NCBI RefSeq assembly: GCF_006345805.1
Contig: NC_042998.1
Span: forward strand, 744,001-808,000
Length of the DNA stretch: 64,000 nucleotides
Source of the DNA: Octopus sinensis
Taxonomy: Eukaryota
Direction of reading: 5' to 3'
Shown here: positions 1 to 13,204 of the stretch, one piece after another
Layout: every line of letters starts with the position of its first letter
Numbering within the stretch: the stretch's first letter is position 1
Notes under the pieces: generated by a model
What the model saw: only the letters and a program-made list of their open reading frames with translations
What the model was told of the DNA's origin: nothing
Databases searched by the model: none
Program-made: the position numbers and the translations under genes

Positions 1-58
1 CTTTGTCTGTCCTTGTTTGTCCCCTCTGTGTTTAACCCCTTGTGGGCAGTAAAGAAAT
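1..58 (+). mobile_element. 3' tail of tRNA-derived SINE family B, cut by window edge
   Basis: TTTGTCTGTCCTTGTTTGTCCCCTCT...GTGGGCAGTAAAGAAATA matches tails at 11730-11783 and, reverse-complemented, 31685-31740. Confidence 0.7.
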
Positions 59-302
59 ATATATATGAACATGCCCAAACATGCAACGATATGCGTCGAA
101 AACCCATACATAAGACAAAACATAAAAATCTGAATATATACTTACACACACAGACACAAAAATACCCTGTTGTTGATGTTGAAATTCCTATGAAGGAAAC
201 TTGGATCTAGGTTAGAAACAGGCTCTTTTCCTATTGGCAAGAAATCTTAAAATAAAACTGAATAATGACACATATTTACATACATATGACATATTTACAC
301 AA

Positions 303-490
303 CATCCCTTGACAACCAATGCTGGTGTGTTTACGTCCCCGTAACTTAGCGGTTCGGCAAAAGAGACCGATAGAATAAGTACTAGGCTTACAAAGAATAA
401 GTCCTAGGGTCGATTTGCTCGATTAAAGGCGGTGCTCCAGCATGGCCGCAGTCAAATGACTGAAACAAGTAAAAGAGTAAATGAGTAAAA
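303..490 (+). mobile_element. 3' half of SINE family A (tRNA head, CORE-like segment, GTAAAAGA tail)
   Basis: Matches 3' part of full copy 37056-37472; ends GAAACAAGTAAAAGAGTAAA. Confidence 0.8.
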
Positions 491-497
491 TAGTATA

Positions 498-536
<39 letters not shown>

Positions 537-539
537 GGA

Positions 540-1170
540 GAGAGAGAGAAATCTATTTGCCAACGTAAAGTGGCAGACCTGATTAGGACGATGTTACTAC
601 CTTTTTTTAGCCCCAGGAAAATATCTTCTCCAGTTGGTTACCGACGCACAACTGCATCCTTATACCTCGGAAGCCAGTTAGAAAAGATATTTTCCTGGGG
701 CTAAGAAACGTAGTAACATCGTCTTAATCAAAGCTGCCACGTTACTTTGGTAAATAGATTTTACTCTGTAGTACCAATATTACTTACATCTCACTCAAAA
801 GTTTAAAGATGATTGTGCTCCTCTCTATGAGATCAGTGACTGTGTGTCACTTTAAAAGTATATACCTCGAGCAAGGCCTAGTGTTGCCAACGGCTATCCT
901 GTGCCGATGAAGAGAAATAACCCAGAAACCAGGGTCCGCAAGTACCGTTTAAGGCTGAGTGCGGACATTAGCTCCCTTGTTCGAGGTATAAGGACGCAGA
1001 TGTGCGTCAATAGTCAGCTGGAAAAGATGTTTTCCTGGGGCTAAAATAAAAAAGGTACTATCATCGTCTTAATCAGGACTGCAACTTTACGTTGGCAAAT
1101 AGATTTTACACTGTAGTGGTGTTACTACCTACTTCTCACTCAGAGATTTAAAACTAATTGTGTTCCTCTC
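540..1170. repeat. Three copies of a ~130-170 bp unit (one inverted) with a central degenerate HHR-like motif
   Basis: 540-669 is the reverse complement of ~980-1112; 675-830 is a direct copy of 1013-1170 (GAAAAGAT(A/G)TTTTCCTGGGGCTAA). Confidence 0.7.
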
Positions 1171-1498
1171 TCTCTCTCTCTCTCTCTCTATGTATATATA
1201 TATATATGGAGAGAGAGAGAGAGAGAGAGATGGCCAGATAACCGAAGAGATAGTTTTGTGGATTTCTACCTCGGCATCCGAAACTCAGAGTTTTATCTTG
1301 GCTATTGAATAATTGTCACATATTAATTTACAGATAAATTCCTCTATTTACATAATATTGAGGTCTCTTTCTTTCTTTTGTTATCTTACCGTTTTTACTA
1401 ATATATATATATGTAAGTATAAAATATACATTTATATATATATGTATGTATATATATATGCGTGTGGGCGTATGCACACACACACACATATATATATG

Positions 1499-1588
<90 letters not shown>

Positions 1589-1705
1589 AATATATATATA
1601 TTCTACAGTAAGCATTTTCATGAAACATTTCTGTCACAGGTCTCCGTTGTTTTGTCCACAATTTTATATCCTAATTTTTTTATGTAATAATACCAGCGTT
1701 ACTAA

Positions 1706-1858
1706 AGGCGGCGAGCTGGCAGAGTCATTAGCTTTACGTTCTGAGTTCAAATTCCGCCGAGCTCAACTTTGCCTTTCATCCTTTTGAGGTCGATAAAATA
1801 AGTACTGTTGAGTATTGGACTTTCTTGAACTTGCTCATCTTGTACCAAAATTTGAAAT
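1706..1858 (+). mobile_element. tRNA-derived SINE family B
   Basis: GGCGGCGAGCTGGCAGA head, B-box-like GAGTTCAAATTCC, conserved GCCTTTCATCCTTT..GGTCGATAAAATAAGTAC body. Confidence 0.75.
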
Positions 1859-3046
1859 CTAAATTTGTATAACTAATAACTACAGTAAGCTGTCGTCGGT
1901 CGCTTCTTAACTTTAATGAAAAAATTTAACCCCACAATTAATGAAAATTTCTCAGCCTATATTGTGTTATTTCCTTCGAGAAAGTAATGTGTAAACTGAG
2001 GAAGATAAGGTTGCTGTTTTCAGCATGTTAACATATTGAGCAATTACGTACGGCTTTTGTTGTTGACACGAAAAATAACATTGATCTAGTTTGTCTCACT
2101 AGACTTTGTATAAACACATATGCCATATTTTCGTTTTACTCGTTGCATTTATTTATATAAACCAGTGTTTCCAAACCTAAATTTCTATATTCATTTGTTT
2201 ATTTTACCTTCTCTTTATTAAATATATACACATACATACATGTTCATATATATATATATATATATATATGAACCTCAAAAAAATTTGGTGCTTTTGTTTC
2301 TGTCATTGAAATTTAGGTGAATGTTAGCGCATACATGTTTGATTTAGAAAATTAAGTAGCATATTTTCGTGTGTTTTCATGGATGGGAGGGAAATCAAAT
2401 ATCAATAAGAAGCTTGAATCATTCCGCTAAAACTGATCTGTTAAAATTTCAACTGAAGTTATTTTCATGTTGTTTTTGTTGTTGTTTTTCGTTTAATGTT
2501 TTTCTTTTTTCTACTTGCTATAGAGGTATCTGGTTTACCATTGCGCTGACGTTGTTTATCCGTCACAATGTCTCTTTATAAACTAAAATAAAATATTTCT
2601 GGCTCGCATTTCCAACGGGTTTCCTCAATTCTATTTTTTATTACCTGTTATTCCATGATAGTATTAAACAAATAAATAAATGAATAAACAAACACATCTC
2701 TGCAGAGCAGATTTAACTTAAAAACAGAGAAGGAAAATAAATAAAATAAAGAAGTTGATTTGTTTTCAGTTCAGCTATATCGATCTATGAAATCAAGGTC
2801 ACCATTTACTTGATTTACGCTCTCTTCGCAAAACACGTTTTAGTCTTGTGAGTTATCATTGAAAACGTCACCTCGAGTGCTATTTATTTACAACTCATTC
2901 TCCTGGAAATATCTTTAATGTCGAACCAAGGTGGGTTCATATACATATTTTCTTGATCTGCTAAAAACAACAGCCCAAATTCCGAAACTCACATCCCACC
3001 ATTTTAAAACGGAAGAGCAATTTGGATAATAACTCAGATACATGGC

Positions 3047-3115
<69 letters not shown>

Positions 3116-3291
3116 TAATGGAATTCTCATGACCTTTATCATAGGACAATCGATCAGCGCTGACCTGAAACTAAACAGCACTTAGTCCTTTTTGTCTATC
3201 TCAGAATAATGTAGAATTCTTTTTCTGATCTAATTAAACTTGGGTGTGAACTAAATCAGCTTAAGAGAAGGGTTTCAAAGTATATTTGAGT

Positions 3292-3322
<31 letters not shown>

Positions 3323-3910
3323 ATTGCCTGTACGGTTTGTATTCGCTGTCAGTAGTGATGGCATTTTTAATAGTACTATCGCTCTCATATTTATTTATAA
3401 ATGATTTCACGTATTTCGTTTGTTTAAGTGGTGTTTGACCACTTCAAACGAATTTGCAGGCATGGTGGTGGCAAATTTTAGTAGTCGTTCGCTGGCGGAT
3501 TTGGATGAAGAGAATCAGGAACCGTTTGGCGCTGAGTTCGAAATCATGATTTCAAATTAACCAGCATTATTTTTGCTGAACTAGCAGAGGTGAGACGATA
3601 TTATTGTTCACTGAAATTGTTTCGTATCATGCCTGTATTAATTTTGTGACTATTCTGTGGTATAGAAGTATTTTTTACCCCTACTTTTAACGATGCAAGT
3701 GCTCATGTAGTACCCTTGTATGTATGTATGTATGTATGTATGTATGTATGTATGTATGTATGTATGTATTATGATGTATGTACGTACGTATGTATATATA
3801 TATATATATTTAAAATTGAGGATAAAATCTTTATAAGAAATTATCAGTAGTTAGCGTGAAAAACCTCGTAAGAGAAAAAATCCGTAAATTTTTCCACTTT
3901 GAAAATATTT

Positions 3911-4287
3911 ATTTATATTATATAGAGGGTACTACTATTCATAGATACCGCACGCTAGGAGGGGCCCTTGCGGCCATAACTACTAAAATAAACAAACTGT
4001 ACCGAATGCAAAACTTCAAAGCAAGTCATTTAAAAAAGAATTTAGTTACATATCACTTGTGATTTCGCAATTAATACAGAATATGCATCAGAGTTTGTTG
4101 CACTGATGAGCATATTCTGCATATTCTGCATTAATTGCGAAACCACGAGTGATATGTAACTAAATTCCTTTTTTAAATGACTTGCTTTGAAGTTTCGCAT
4201 TCGGTACAGTTTGTTTATTTTAGTAGTTATGGCCGCAAGGGCCCCTCCTAGCGTGCGGTATCTATGAATAGTAGTACCCTCTATATA

Positions 4288-4295
<8 letters not shown>
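3911..4295. repeat. ~385 bp fold-back palindrome containing a hammerhead ribozyme (4091-4167, +)
   Basis: Arms 3911-4091 and 4103-4295 are reverse complements with few substitutions; CTGATGA at 4103, GAAA at 4139. Confidence 0.85.
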
Positions 4296-4324
<29 letters not shown>

Positions 4325-4327
<3 letters not shown>

Positions 4328-4662
4328 CTGAGACCCCTTCGGTCACGACACAGACCATGGGATTGCACCTAGAAAGTTCCCCTCCCAGGTACAAGTCCGG
4401 GCAAGGTTGTTTATGGAAGACCAGCAGTCGCCCATGCATGCCCGCCTCCCCTCTCCATGCCACCAGTGTTATCCAAGGCAAAGGGGCCGATAGAGCTTGG
4501 CACCTGTGTCGTTGCAACTCATTTCTACAGCTGAGTGAACTGGAGCAACGTGAAATAAAGTGTCTTGCTCAAGAACACAACAGGCAGCCCGGTCCGGCAT
4601 TCGAGCTCACAACCTCACGAGCGTAAGCTCGACGCTCTAACCACTGAGCCATGTGCCTTCAC
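4325..4662 (-). mobile_element. tRNA-derived SINE family D
   Basis: Reverse complement resembles 39388-39720 (GCATGGCTCAGTGGTTAG head; CCTTGCCCGGACTTGT body). Confidence 0.75.
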
Positions 4663-4663
4663 G

Positions 4664-4704
<41 letters not shown>

Positions 4705-4710
<6 letters not shown>

Positions 4711-5103
4711 GAGAGCGATAGTACTATTAAAAATCGAAGCTGATGGACATATAGCGGTAGGTAAAGCTGAATCATAAAATTTCTAGTAATACTTTCTTTA
4801 TTGATGCACCCGAAGAGACCCAGAACGGGTGGAAACATATGTAGTACCTAATAAAATATTTTACTCATTCCATCTATATTTTTAATACTGTTACCCCAAC
4901 CGCCACCACGAAGTTCCTGCAATAAATCTACGGATAACAACAGGGAATCGATACTGTGCCGGTGCTTTGCTCATCACCTATCTATACATTTCGTATAATT
5001 TCTCCATTATATATATATATATATTATATATATATATTTATTAATTTGCCTGCACGTTTATATTCGCTGCCACTAGCGATGGTACTTTTAATAGTACTAT
5101 CGA

Positions 5104-5112
<9 letters not shown>
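4705..5112. mobile_element. Non-autonomous element with inverted ends and a degenerate HHR (4806-4847)
   Basis: ATATGAGAGCGATAGTACTATTAAAA at the left vs TTTTAATAGTACTATCGATCTCATAT at the right; same end motif at 3323-3390. Confidence 0.6.
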
Positions 5113-5191
<79 letters not shown>

Positions 5192-6344
5192 GTGTGTGTA
5201 TGTATACATACGGCAAGGTTAAATACAATGACATTATATAAAGCCTTCCATCTTTTTAAAAAATAATTTCTATGAAAATCTAACAAAGTTGTTCTAGTTC
5301 ACATGCTGGATAGAATAGTATAAAGAACATGGATAAAATATTCTGACTGATTTATATAATCTACTTTTTTCTTAGAAAAACATAAAGAAGAGGCATTTGT
5401 AGAAAAACATTCCCTGAAAAGGAGTGCCTAGAGCTAAAATGATTGAAAAACTACTGGACTAAAATGGAAACATCTCTTGTATACCGTGATAAACAACGCA
5501 AAAATGAGTAGAAAGTAAACTCTAAAAACGAAGTCATCTCCTGCAATTATTTAATATGTGGTCATTGAATTGCTTATGATTGTTTCGATTTTATATAAAG
5601 TATAAAGTCAAGCTAACTCAAAACAAATTCATTTTGCTCTTCTCTGCATTTCATAATTCAATGTTTTAATTAATTGCAATTTTGGCCTTACCCACTCTGC
5701 TATTTTATGAGTAGAATTAGTGATTTGGAAAACGATTAGCAACACTTCACTACTACTTTTCCGTGCAGCGGGTGTTCCAAAGTATTTTGTGAATAATCCT
5801 TTAATTTACGAAGCCAGTCTTTATTTTCGTACAAAACTTTCTGTATTTTTCCGGTTATCTAAGTTTAGCAGAAATAGTTTCGCTAAAGATGGTTAATAAC
5901 ATCGAAAGACTTCCAAATTGTCGTCGCCCTGATGGAGATCAGATTCAGTCCATACAGCTTATTTGATTAATATTTGATTAATTTTAGTCAATTGAGACTT
6001 TGTCTTTTCATTTTGCTATTTTTTTTTCATTAAAAGTAGTAATTGACAAGCTGATTTTCTCATCACTAAGTATAATATTTCAAGAAATAAATATTTTTCG
6101 TCTGCAATTATATCATGTATGCTAGGACTCACTTTATTATTTACTATTTTATTAGTATTGTTTTCTAGTATATAAAGTGGATCAGTTCAATAAGAAATGA
6201 AAACTACCTACCAGACACCGATCTCTGCAAGTTTATAGATATAAGCACACAAAAAATGGCTTAACATGAAATAAATTGTGTCGGTTGGATAATCATATTC
6301 GTAACATAGGTTTGATAAAGGAAGGACATAGTGAAGTAGATGAA

Positions 6345-9300
6345 CTATAGGGAAGGTATATAGAATAACGTAAGAAAACAGAAGAGAAGGGATATGGAAT
6401 AACGTAAGAAAACAGAAGAGAAAAGATATGGAATAACGTAAGAAAACAGAAGAGAAGGGATATGGAATAACGTAAGAAAACAGAAGAGAAGGGATATGGA
6501 ATAACGTAAGAAAACAGAAGAGAAGGGATATGGAATAACGTAAGAAAACAGAAGAGAAGGGATATGGAATAACGTAAGAAAACGAAGAGAAGGGATATGG
6601 AATAAAGTAAGAAAACAGAAGAGAAGGATATGGAATAACGTAAGAAAACAGAAGAGAAGGGATATGGAATAACGTAAGAAAACAGAAGAGAAGGGATATG
6701 GAATAACGCGAGAAAACAGCAGCGACAGGATATGGAATAACGTAGAAAAACAGCAGAGAAGGGATATGGAATAACGTAAGAAAACAGAAGAGAAGGGATA
6801 TGGAATACGTAAGAAACAGAAGAGAAGGGATATGAATAACGTAAGAAACAGAAGCGAAGGGATATGGAATAACGTAAGAAAACAGAGAGAAGGGATATGG
6901 AATAACGTAAGAACAGAAGAGAAGGGATATGGCATAACGTAAGAAAACAGAAGAGGGGATATGGAATAACGTAAGAAAACAGAAGAAGGGATATGGAATA
7001 ACGTAAGAAAACAGAAGAGAAGGATATGGAATAACGTAAGAAAACAGCAGCGACAGGATATGAATAACGTAAGAAAACAGAAGAGAAGGATATGGAATAT
7101 AACGTAAGAAAACAGAAGAGAAGGGATGTGAATAACGTAAGAAAACAGAAGAGAAGGGATATGGAATAACGTAAGAAAACAGAAGAGAAGGATATGGAAT
7201 AACGTAAGAAAACAGAAGAGAAGGATATGGAATGACGTAAGAAAACAGAAGAGAAGGGATATGGAATGACGTAAGAAAACAGAAGAGAAGGGATATGGAA
7301 TAACGTAAGAAAACAGAAGAGAAGGGATATGGAATAACGTAAGAAAACAGAAGAGAAGGGATATAGAATAACGTAAGAAAACAGAAGAGAAGGGATATGG
7401 AATAACGTGAGAAAACAGCAGCGACAGGATATGGAATAACGTAAGAAAACAGAAGAGAAGGGATATGGAATAACGTGAGAAAACAGAAGAGAAGGGATAT
7501 GGAATAACGTAAGAAAACAGAAGAGAAGGGATATGGAATAACGTAAGAAAACAGAAGAGAAGGGATATGGAATAACGTAAGAAAACAGAAGAGAAGGGAT
7601 ATGGAATAACGTAAGAAAACAGAAGAGAAGGGATATGGAATAACGTAAGAAAACAGAAGAGAAGGGATATGGAATAACGTAAGAAAACAGAAGAGAAGGG
7701 ATATGGATAACGTAAGAAAACAGAAGAGAAGGGATATGAAATAACGTAAGAAAACAGAAAAGAAAGGATATGGAATAACGCGAGAAAACAGCAGAAAGGA
7801 TATAGAATAACGTAAGAAAACAGCAGCAAGAGTATATGGAATAACGTAAGAAAACAGAAGAGAAGGGATATGGAATAACGTAATAAAACAGAAGAGAAGG
7901 GATATGGAATAACGTAAGAAAACAGAAGAGAAGGGATATGGAATAACGTGAGAAAACAGCAGCGACAGGATATGGAATAACGTAAGAAAACAGAAGAGAA
8001 TGGATATGGAATAACGTAAGAAAACAGAAAAGAAAGGATATGGAATAACGTAAGAAAACAGAAGAGAAGGGATATGGAATAACGTAAGAAAACAGAAGAG
8101 AAGGGATATGGAATAACGTGAGAAAACAGAAGGGAAGGGATATGGAATAACGTAATAAAACAGAAGAGAAGGGATATGGAATAACGTAAGAAAACAGAAG
8201 AGAAGGGATATGGAATAACGTAAGAAAGCAGAAGAGAAGGGATATGGAATAACGTAAGAAAACAGAAGAGAAGGGATATGGAATAACGTAAGAAAACAGA
8301 AGGGAAGGGATATGGAATAACGTAAGAAAACAGAAAAGAAGGGATATGGAATAACGTAAGAAAACAGAAAAGAAAGGATATGGAATAACGCGAGAAAACA
8401 GCAGAAAGGATATAGAATAACGCGAGAAAACAGCAGCGACAGGATATGGAATAACGTGAGAAAACAGCAGCGACAGGATATGGAATAACGTAAGAAAACA
8501 GAAGAGAAGGGATATGGAATAACGTAAGAAAACAGCAGCGACAGGATATGGAATAACGTAAGAAAACAGAAGAGAAGGGATATGGAATAACGTAAGAAAA
8601 CAGAATAGAAGGGATATGGAATAACGTAAGAAAACAGAAGAGAAGGGATATGGAATAACGCGAGAAAACAGCAGCGACAGGATGTAGAATAACGTAAGAA
8701 AACAGAAGAGAAGGGATATGGAATAACGTAAGAAAACAGAAAAGAAGGGATATGGAATAACGCGAGAAAACAGCAGCGACAGGATATGGAATAACGTAAG
8801 AAAACAGAAGAGAAGGGATATGGAATAACGTAAGAAAACAGAAAAGAAGGGATATGGAATAACGTAAGAAAACAGAAGAGAAGAGATATGGAATAACGTA
8901 AGAAAACAGAAGAGAAGGGATATGGAATAACGTAATAAAACAGAAGAGAAGGGATATGGAATAACGTAAGAAAACAGAAGAGAAGGGATATGGAATAACG
9001 TAAGTAAACAGAAGAGAAGGGATATGAAATAACGTAAGAAAACAGAAGAAAAGGGATATGGAATAACGTAATAAAATAGAAGAGAAGGGATATGGAATAA
9101 CGTAAGAAAACAGAAGAGAAGGGATATGGAATAACGTAAGAAAACAGAAGAGAAGGGATATGGAATAACGTAAGAAAACAGAAAAGAAGGTATATGGAAT
9201 AACGTAAGAAAACAGAAGAAAAGGGATATGGAATAACGTAAGAAAACAGAAGAGAATGGATATGGAATAACGTAAGAAAACAGAAGAGAAGGGATATGGA

Positions 9301-9435
9301 ATAACGCGAGAAAACAGAAGAGAAGGGATATGGAATAACGTGAGAAAACAGCAGAAAGGATATGGGATAACGTAAGAAAACAGAAGAGAAGGGATATGGA
9401 ATAACGCGAGAAAACAGCAGCGACAAGATATGGAA
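6345..9435. repeat. 34-bp minisatellite, about 90 copies (GAATAACGTAAGAAAACAGAAGAGAAGGGATATG), decayed units resume at 9826-9940
   Basis: Tandem periodicity read directly; 33-bp variant ...CAGCAGCGACAG interspersed. Confidence 0.97.
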
Positions 9436-9439
9436 TTGG

Positions 9440-9828
9440 AAAAGCACTCGTAGAGCGCAGGCCTCCACCAAGCAGCTAATTTTGAGATAGATACGCGACT
9501 AAAATTACTAATAGAGAAACGATAATAAACGCCACCATAGGTTACGTGGAAACGATGAACGTGTTTTCAAGGGAGATAATCAAAGAACGTAACATTGTAA
9601 TACTTCATGTAAAGTAAATATAACAAATGAAGAATCCTTCAAGAATCCATAAAAATTCCTGGATATCTACCGAAATTTCATTATCTGTTCCTTGTGTTAT
9701 AACAACTTTTCTTGCAAGTTTCATCAAATACTGTTCACAACTTTTTGAGTTATTTTGCACACAGACGACAGACAGACAAACCAACGCCAATGAAAACATA
9801 ACCTCCTTCCTTGGCAGAGGTAATAACG
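9440..9828 (-). mobile_element. Helentron/HINE (DINE-1-like) non-autonomous element inserted in the minisatellite
   Basis: Minus-strand 5' TTATTACCTCTGCCAAGGAAGGAGGTTATGTTTTC, 3' CTTGGTGGAGGCCTGCGCTCTACGAGTGC; sub-terminal inverted CCTC(T/C)(G/A)CCAAG; no TSD. Confidence 0.6.
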
Positions 9829-10667
9829 TAAGAAAACAGAAGAAGGAATATAGAATAACATAAGAGAAGGAGTATGGAATAAGATGAAGAGAAGGAGTAT
9901 GGAATAAGATGAAAATACAGTAGAGAAAAGATATGCAGTAATGTGAAGTTAGGGGAACATAAACAAACCAACGCTAGTTCTCAAGCGGTGAATTGAGATA
10001 AAAACACAACCATGAAAACACACACACGCTCACACATATATACGATGGATTTCCACACAGTTTCCGTGTACGAAATTCATTAACAAGGCATCGGTCGGCC
10101 CAAAGTTATAAGTAGGGACTAAAAACGAAATAACGTGGTCGCAAAACGAGTTTGTTAACGGTACAACCATGCCCATATCTAGCATAAAAAAAGAAAAACA
10201 ATAAATAAATAAAATCAAAAGAAAGAAATAACTCAGGTTCGAAAGGGGTCTTCAATGTGGAGATTCTTGGATTTAGATCCATACGGAAGCGTCGAATCAA
10301 CCGAAAAGAGAATTTTCTCAAATTTAACATTTTACCTTTAAAACAGTTATTCGGAAACGAAATATATAAAATTTCAGGGAAGAGTTTTTAGAACAACAGC
10401 TTAGAGATTTCTTTTAATGAAAGAATACTTTTAAAATAGGTTAATGTCGACAAAGGAATGCAAACAAACACAAACATAACCGCCTTCACATGCACGGACA
10501 TATCTATGCACGCATACCTGCAAACACCTCATACCTACACACAGACCTATGAACTCACATACCTACACGCATCTAGAATCCCCCCTACGCATACACAAAC
10601 ACAGGCAGTATATTTAGCTCTCTAACTGTTCTTATACTTCTTATAATGTTATGTATTATTCAGTGTT

Positions 10668-10702
<35 letters not shown>

Positions 10703-11560
10703 AAAAACACACACGCACACACAAAAATCACCTGTATGCGTGTATATGCTTGTGTGTATTTGTGTGCATATATAATGTGCATGTGTTTATAATCTTACAC
10801 GCCCAAACACGCAGATGCGCACATCGATTGCATTCACATTTCCGTACACATACATGCATACATATACATACATACATGTGTATGTATGCATGTATGTGTG
10901 GGGACGCACGCATATTTAAGTATCTTTCAAAGCAAAGGTGTTTTTTCATTTATAATAAAAGGTTCTGTTTTGCCGATGACCGGACTGTAGTATAGGTTCG
11001 TTAAGCAGCGTACTATATTTTCTTATCGAATTCCGATACCGACCACATAGGGTTCGATCGATAATGTTTATTTGGTATAATGGTAGGTTTTTATAGAGGA
11101 CAACTGAGAGCAAACCAAAAAGGAAAAAAAAGAAAAAAATGATAAAAAGAGTATAATTTATAATTTTATAGCGAAAAATATATGTAAAAATCAACAATAA
11201 AAATCCTGTGGAATTATACTTAGGAAAATACCAACTAAATGAATCTGCAAGTGCACTCAGGTCGCGTATTTACTAGCATAGAAAATAACATCTTTAATAG
11301 TTAGCTTCTGTTGAAGGAACAAATATTAACTGACGTCTGTACTGAAGCAGAACTAACGGCACTGGACTAGAAGTGTGAATACGGTAAAAGACAATAAGGG
11401 GATATATAAAATTAATGGAGTCATGTTGATCGTCGCAGTAAGTACTTTACTATGTACCTGGCTTTTACAAGGCTCAACTGCTCGCGGATTTTATAATCTT
11501 AGTTTCATTCATTTTTAATGGATTAGGAATTAATGGAAGAAATATGGGCATAAATAACTA

Positions 11561-11785
11561 TTTCTTTCCTACCCACAAGGGGCTAAACACAGAGAGGACA
11601 AACAAGGACAGACAAACGGATTAAGTCGATTATATCGACCCCAGTGCGTAACTGGTACTTATTTCACCCGGCGCGCTAACGTTTCTGCCAGCTCGCACTG
11701 GGGTCGATGTAATCGACTTAATCCGTTTGTCTGTCCTTGTTTGTCCCCTCTATGTTTAGCCTCTTATGGGCAATTACGAAATAAG
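11561..11785. mobile_element. Rearranged SINE B forming an ~88 bp-arm inverted repeat
   Basis: Minus-strand tail, then an internally deleted head, then a plus-strand tail. Confidence 0.7.
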
Positions 11786-11789
11786 AAAC

Positions 11790-11967
11790 ATTGAGAGAAA
11801 GTTGTGGTGAAATAGTACAGCAGGGTTCGTCACCATCCCCCGCCGGGGCCTCGTGGAGCTTTAGGTATTTTAGCTCAATAAACACTCACAACGCCCGTTC
11901 TGGAAATCAAACCACGATCCTACGACCGCGAGTTCGCTGTCCTAACTAATGCGCCAATGCGCCTCAA

Positions 11968-11968
<1 letters not shown>
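11790..11968 (-). mobile_element. tRNA-derived SINE family C
   Basis: Reverse complement GAGGCGCA.TGGC..TTAGTTAGGACAGCG...AAGCTCCACGAGG, same as 32655-32860. Confidence 0.75.
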
Positions 11969-12022
<54 letters not shown>

Positions 12023-12689
12023 TCAGTAGAACAAGTACCAGACTTGAAGAATAAAATGAGCACTGACGGGGTGAGGCGGAGTGGGGTGTGGAACGTTTTT
12101 TTTTTTTTTTGACTGAACACTTCAAGGTGCACTCCAATAACTGAAACAAACATAAGATAAGGTAAAAGACGTTGAAACACGTAAGGAAGTCAAACTGACG
12201 GCATAAACCAAACCGCTTACATCATTGACATATTTAAAAACCATGACGTCAGGTTTTTAATACGAGAATTAAAATCGAATAAAACTTAACACTGCTATAT
12301 AATTTTCTAGTAAAAATACTGACGAATTTCTTCCATTGATTTAGAGAGTGGGTGATATTTTTTGGACAGAGGTTGTTACATTCTGTTCTTAACTATACAT
12401 ACGACAGCCTAGTTTACTGAAGCCGGAGTAATTAATGTTATCGAGCAGGGACACGATTTCGTTTTGATTTTTTTTTTATGACTTAGATTTGAAGGCTGCA
12501 TTGAATTAAATGTAATCTAATACAGTTGAATTAAAGAAATTCCTTTTCCCCCCTCAAATGTACGCGTAAATGTAATTATATTTATTGTGAAAATGTAATT
12601 AGAAGTATCCAATAAAAATTTAAAATGTAAAATCGTTTCTATAGATATATTTGCGACAATTTAAGAACTTTAGAATAAATTTAATACAA

Positions 12690-13056
12690 CACATAGTTCC
12701 GGGTTCAGTCCCACTGTGTGGAACCTTGGGCAACTGTCTTCTGCTATAGCCTCGGGCCGACCAAAGCCTTGTGAGAGGATTTGGTAGACGGAAACTGAAA
12801 GAAGCCCGTCGTATATATGTATATATGTGTGTGTGCGTGTGTCTGTGTGTCTGCGTTTGCCCCCCCCCCCACATCACTTGACAACCGATACTGGTGTGTT
12901 TACGTCCCCGTAACTTAGCAGTTCGGCAAAAGAGACCGATAGAATTAATACGAGGCTTACAAAGAATAAGTCCTGGGGTCGATTTACTCGACTAAAAGGC
13001 GGTGCTCCAGGATGGCCGCAGTCAAATGACTGAAACAAAAGAGAGTAAAAAGGAGT
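12690..13056 (+). mobile_element. SINE family A, head truncated
   Basis: GTTCCGGGTTCAGTCCCACTG...CCTTGGGCAA (CORE-like), internal CA/TA run, GTAAAA tail. Confidence 0.85.
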
Positions 13057-13204
13057 ATGTAAGCAAAATAATAGCTTTTGATGCGGCGAAATCTTCCCCC
13101 AATGTTGCATTCTGTTATTTACACCGCCCAACCGAAAATCAGTAATATTGTTGTTTTCATCTGAAATTATAGCCGTTTCCCTCCATTTGTAAGTACAAAT
13201 ACTG

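Noticed and set aside
1313-1787. Numerous short YI/HT/CV/MYVC/poly-N/poly-I ORFs across the window
   Set aside because: Translations of di-, tri- and tetranucleotide microsatellites.
6345-9435. Regular repeats superficially like a CRISPR array (also 29049-29714)
   Set aside because: No unique spacers, no cas genes, eukaryotic context.
6208-9471. 1087-aa and 494-aa hydrophobic ORFs on the minus strand
   Set aside because: Stop-free translation of the 34-bp minisatellite; frame-cycling periodic sequence, not a gene.
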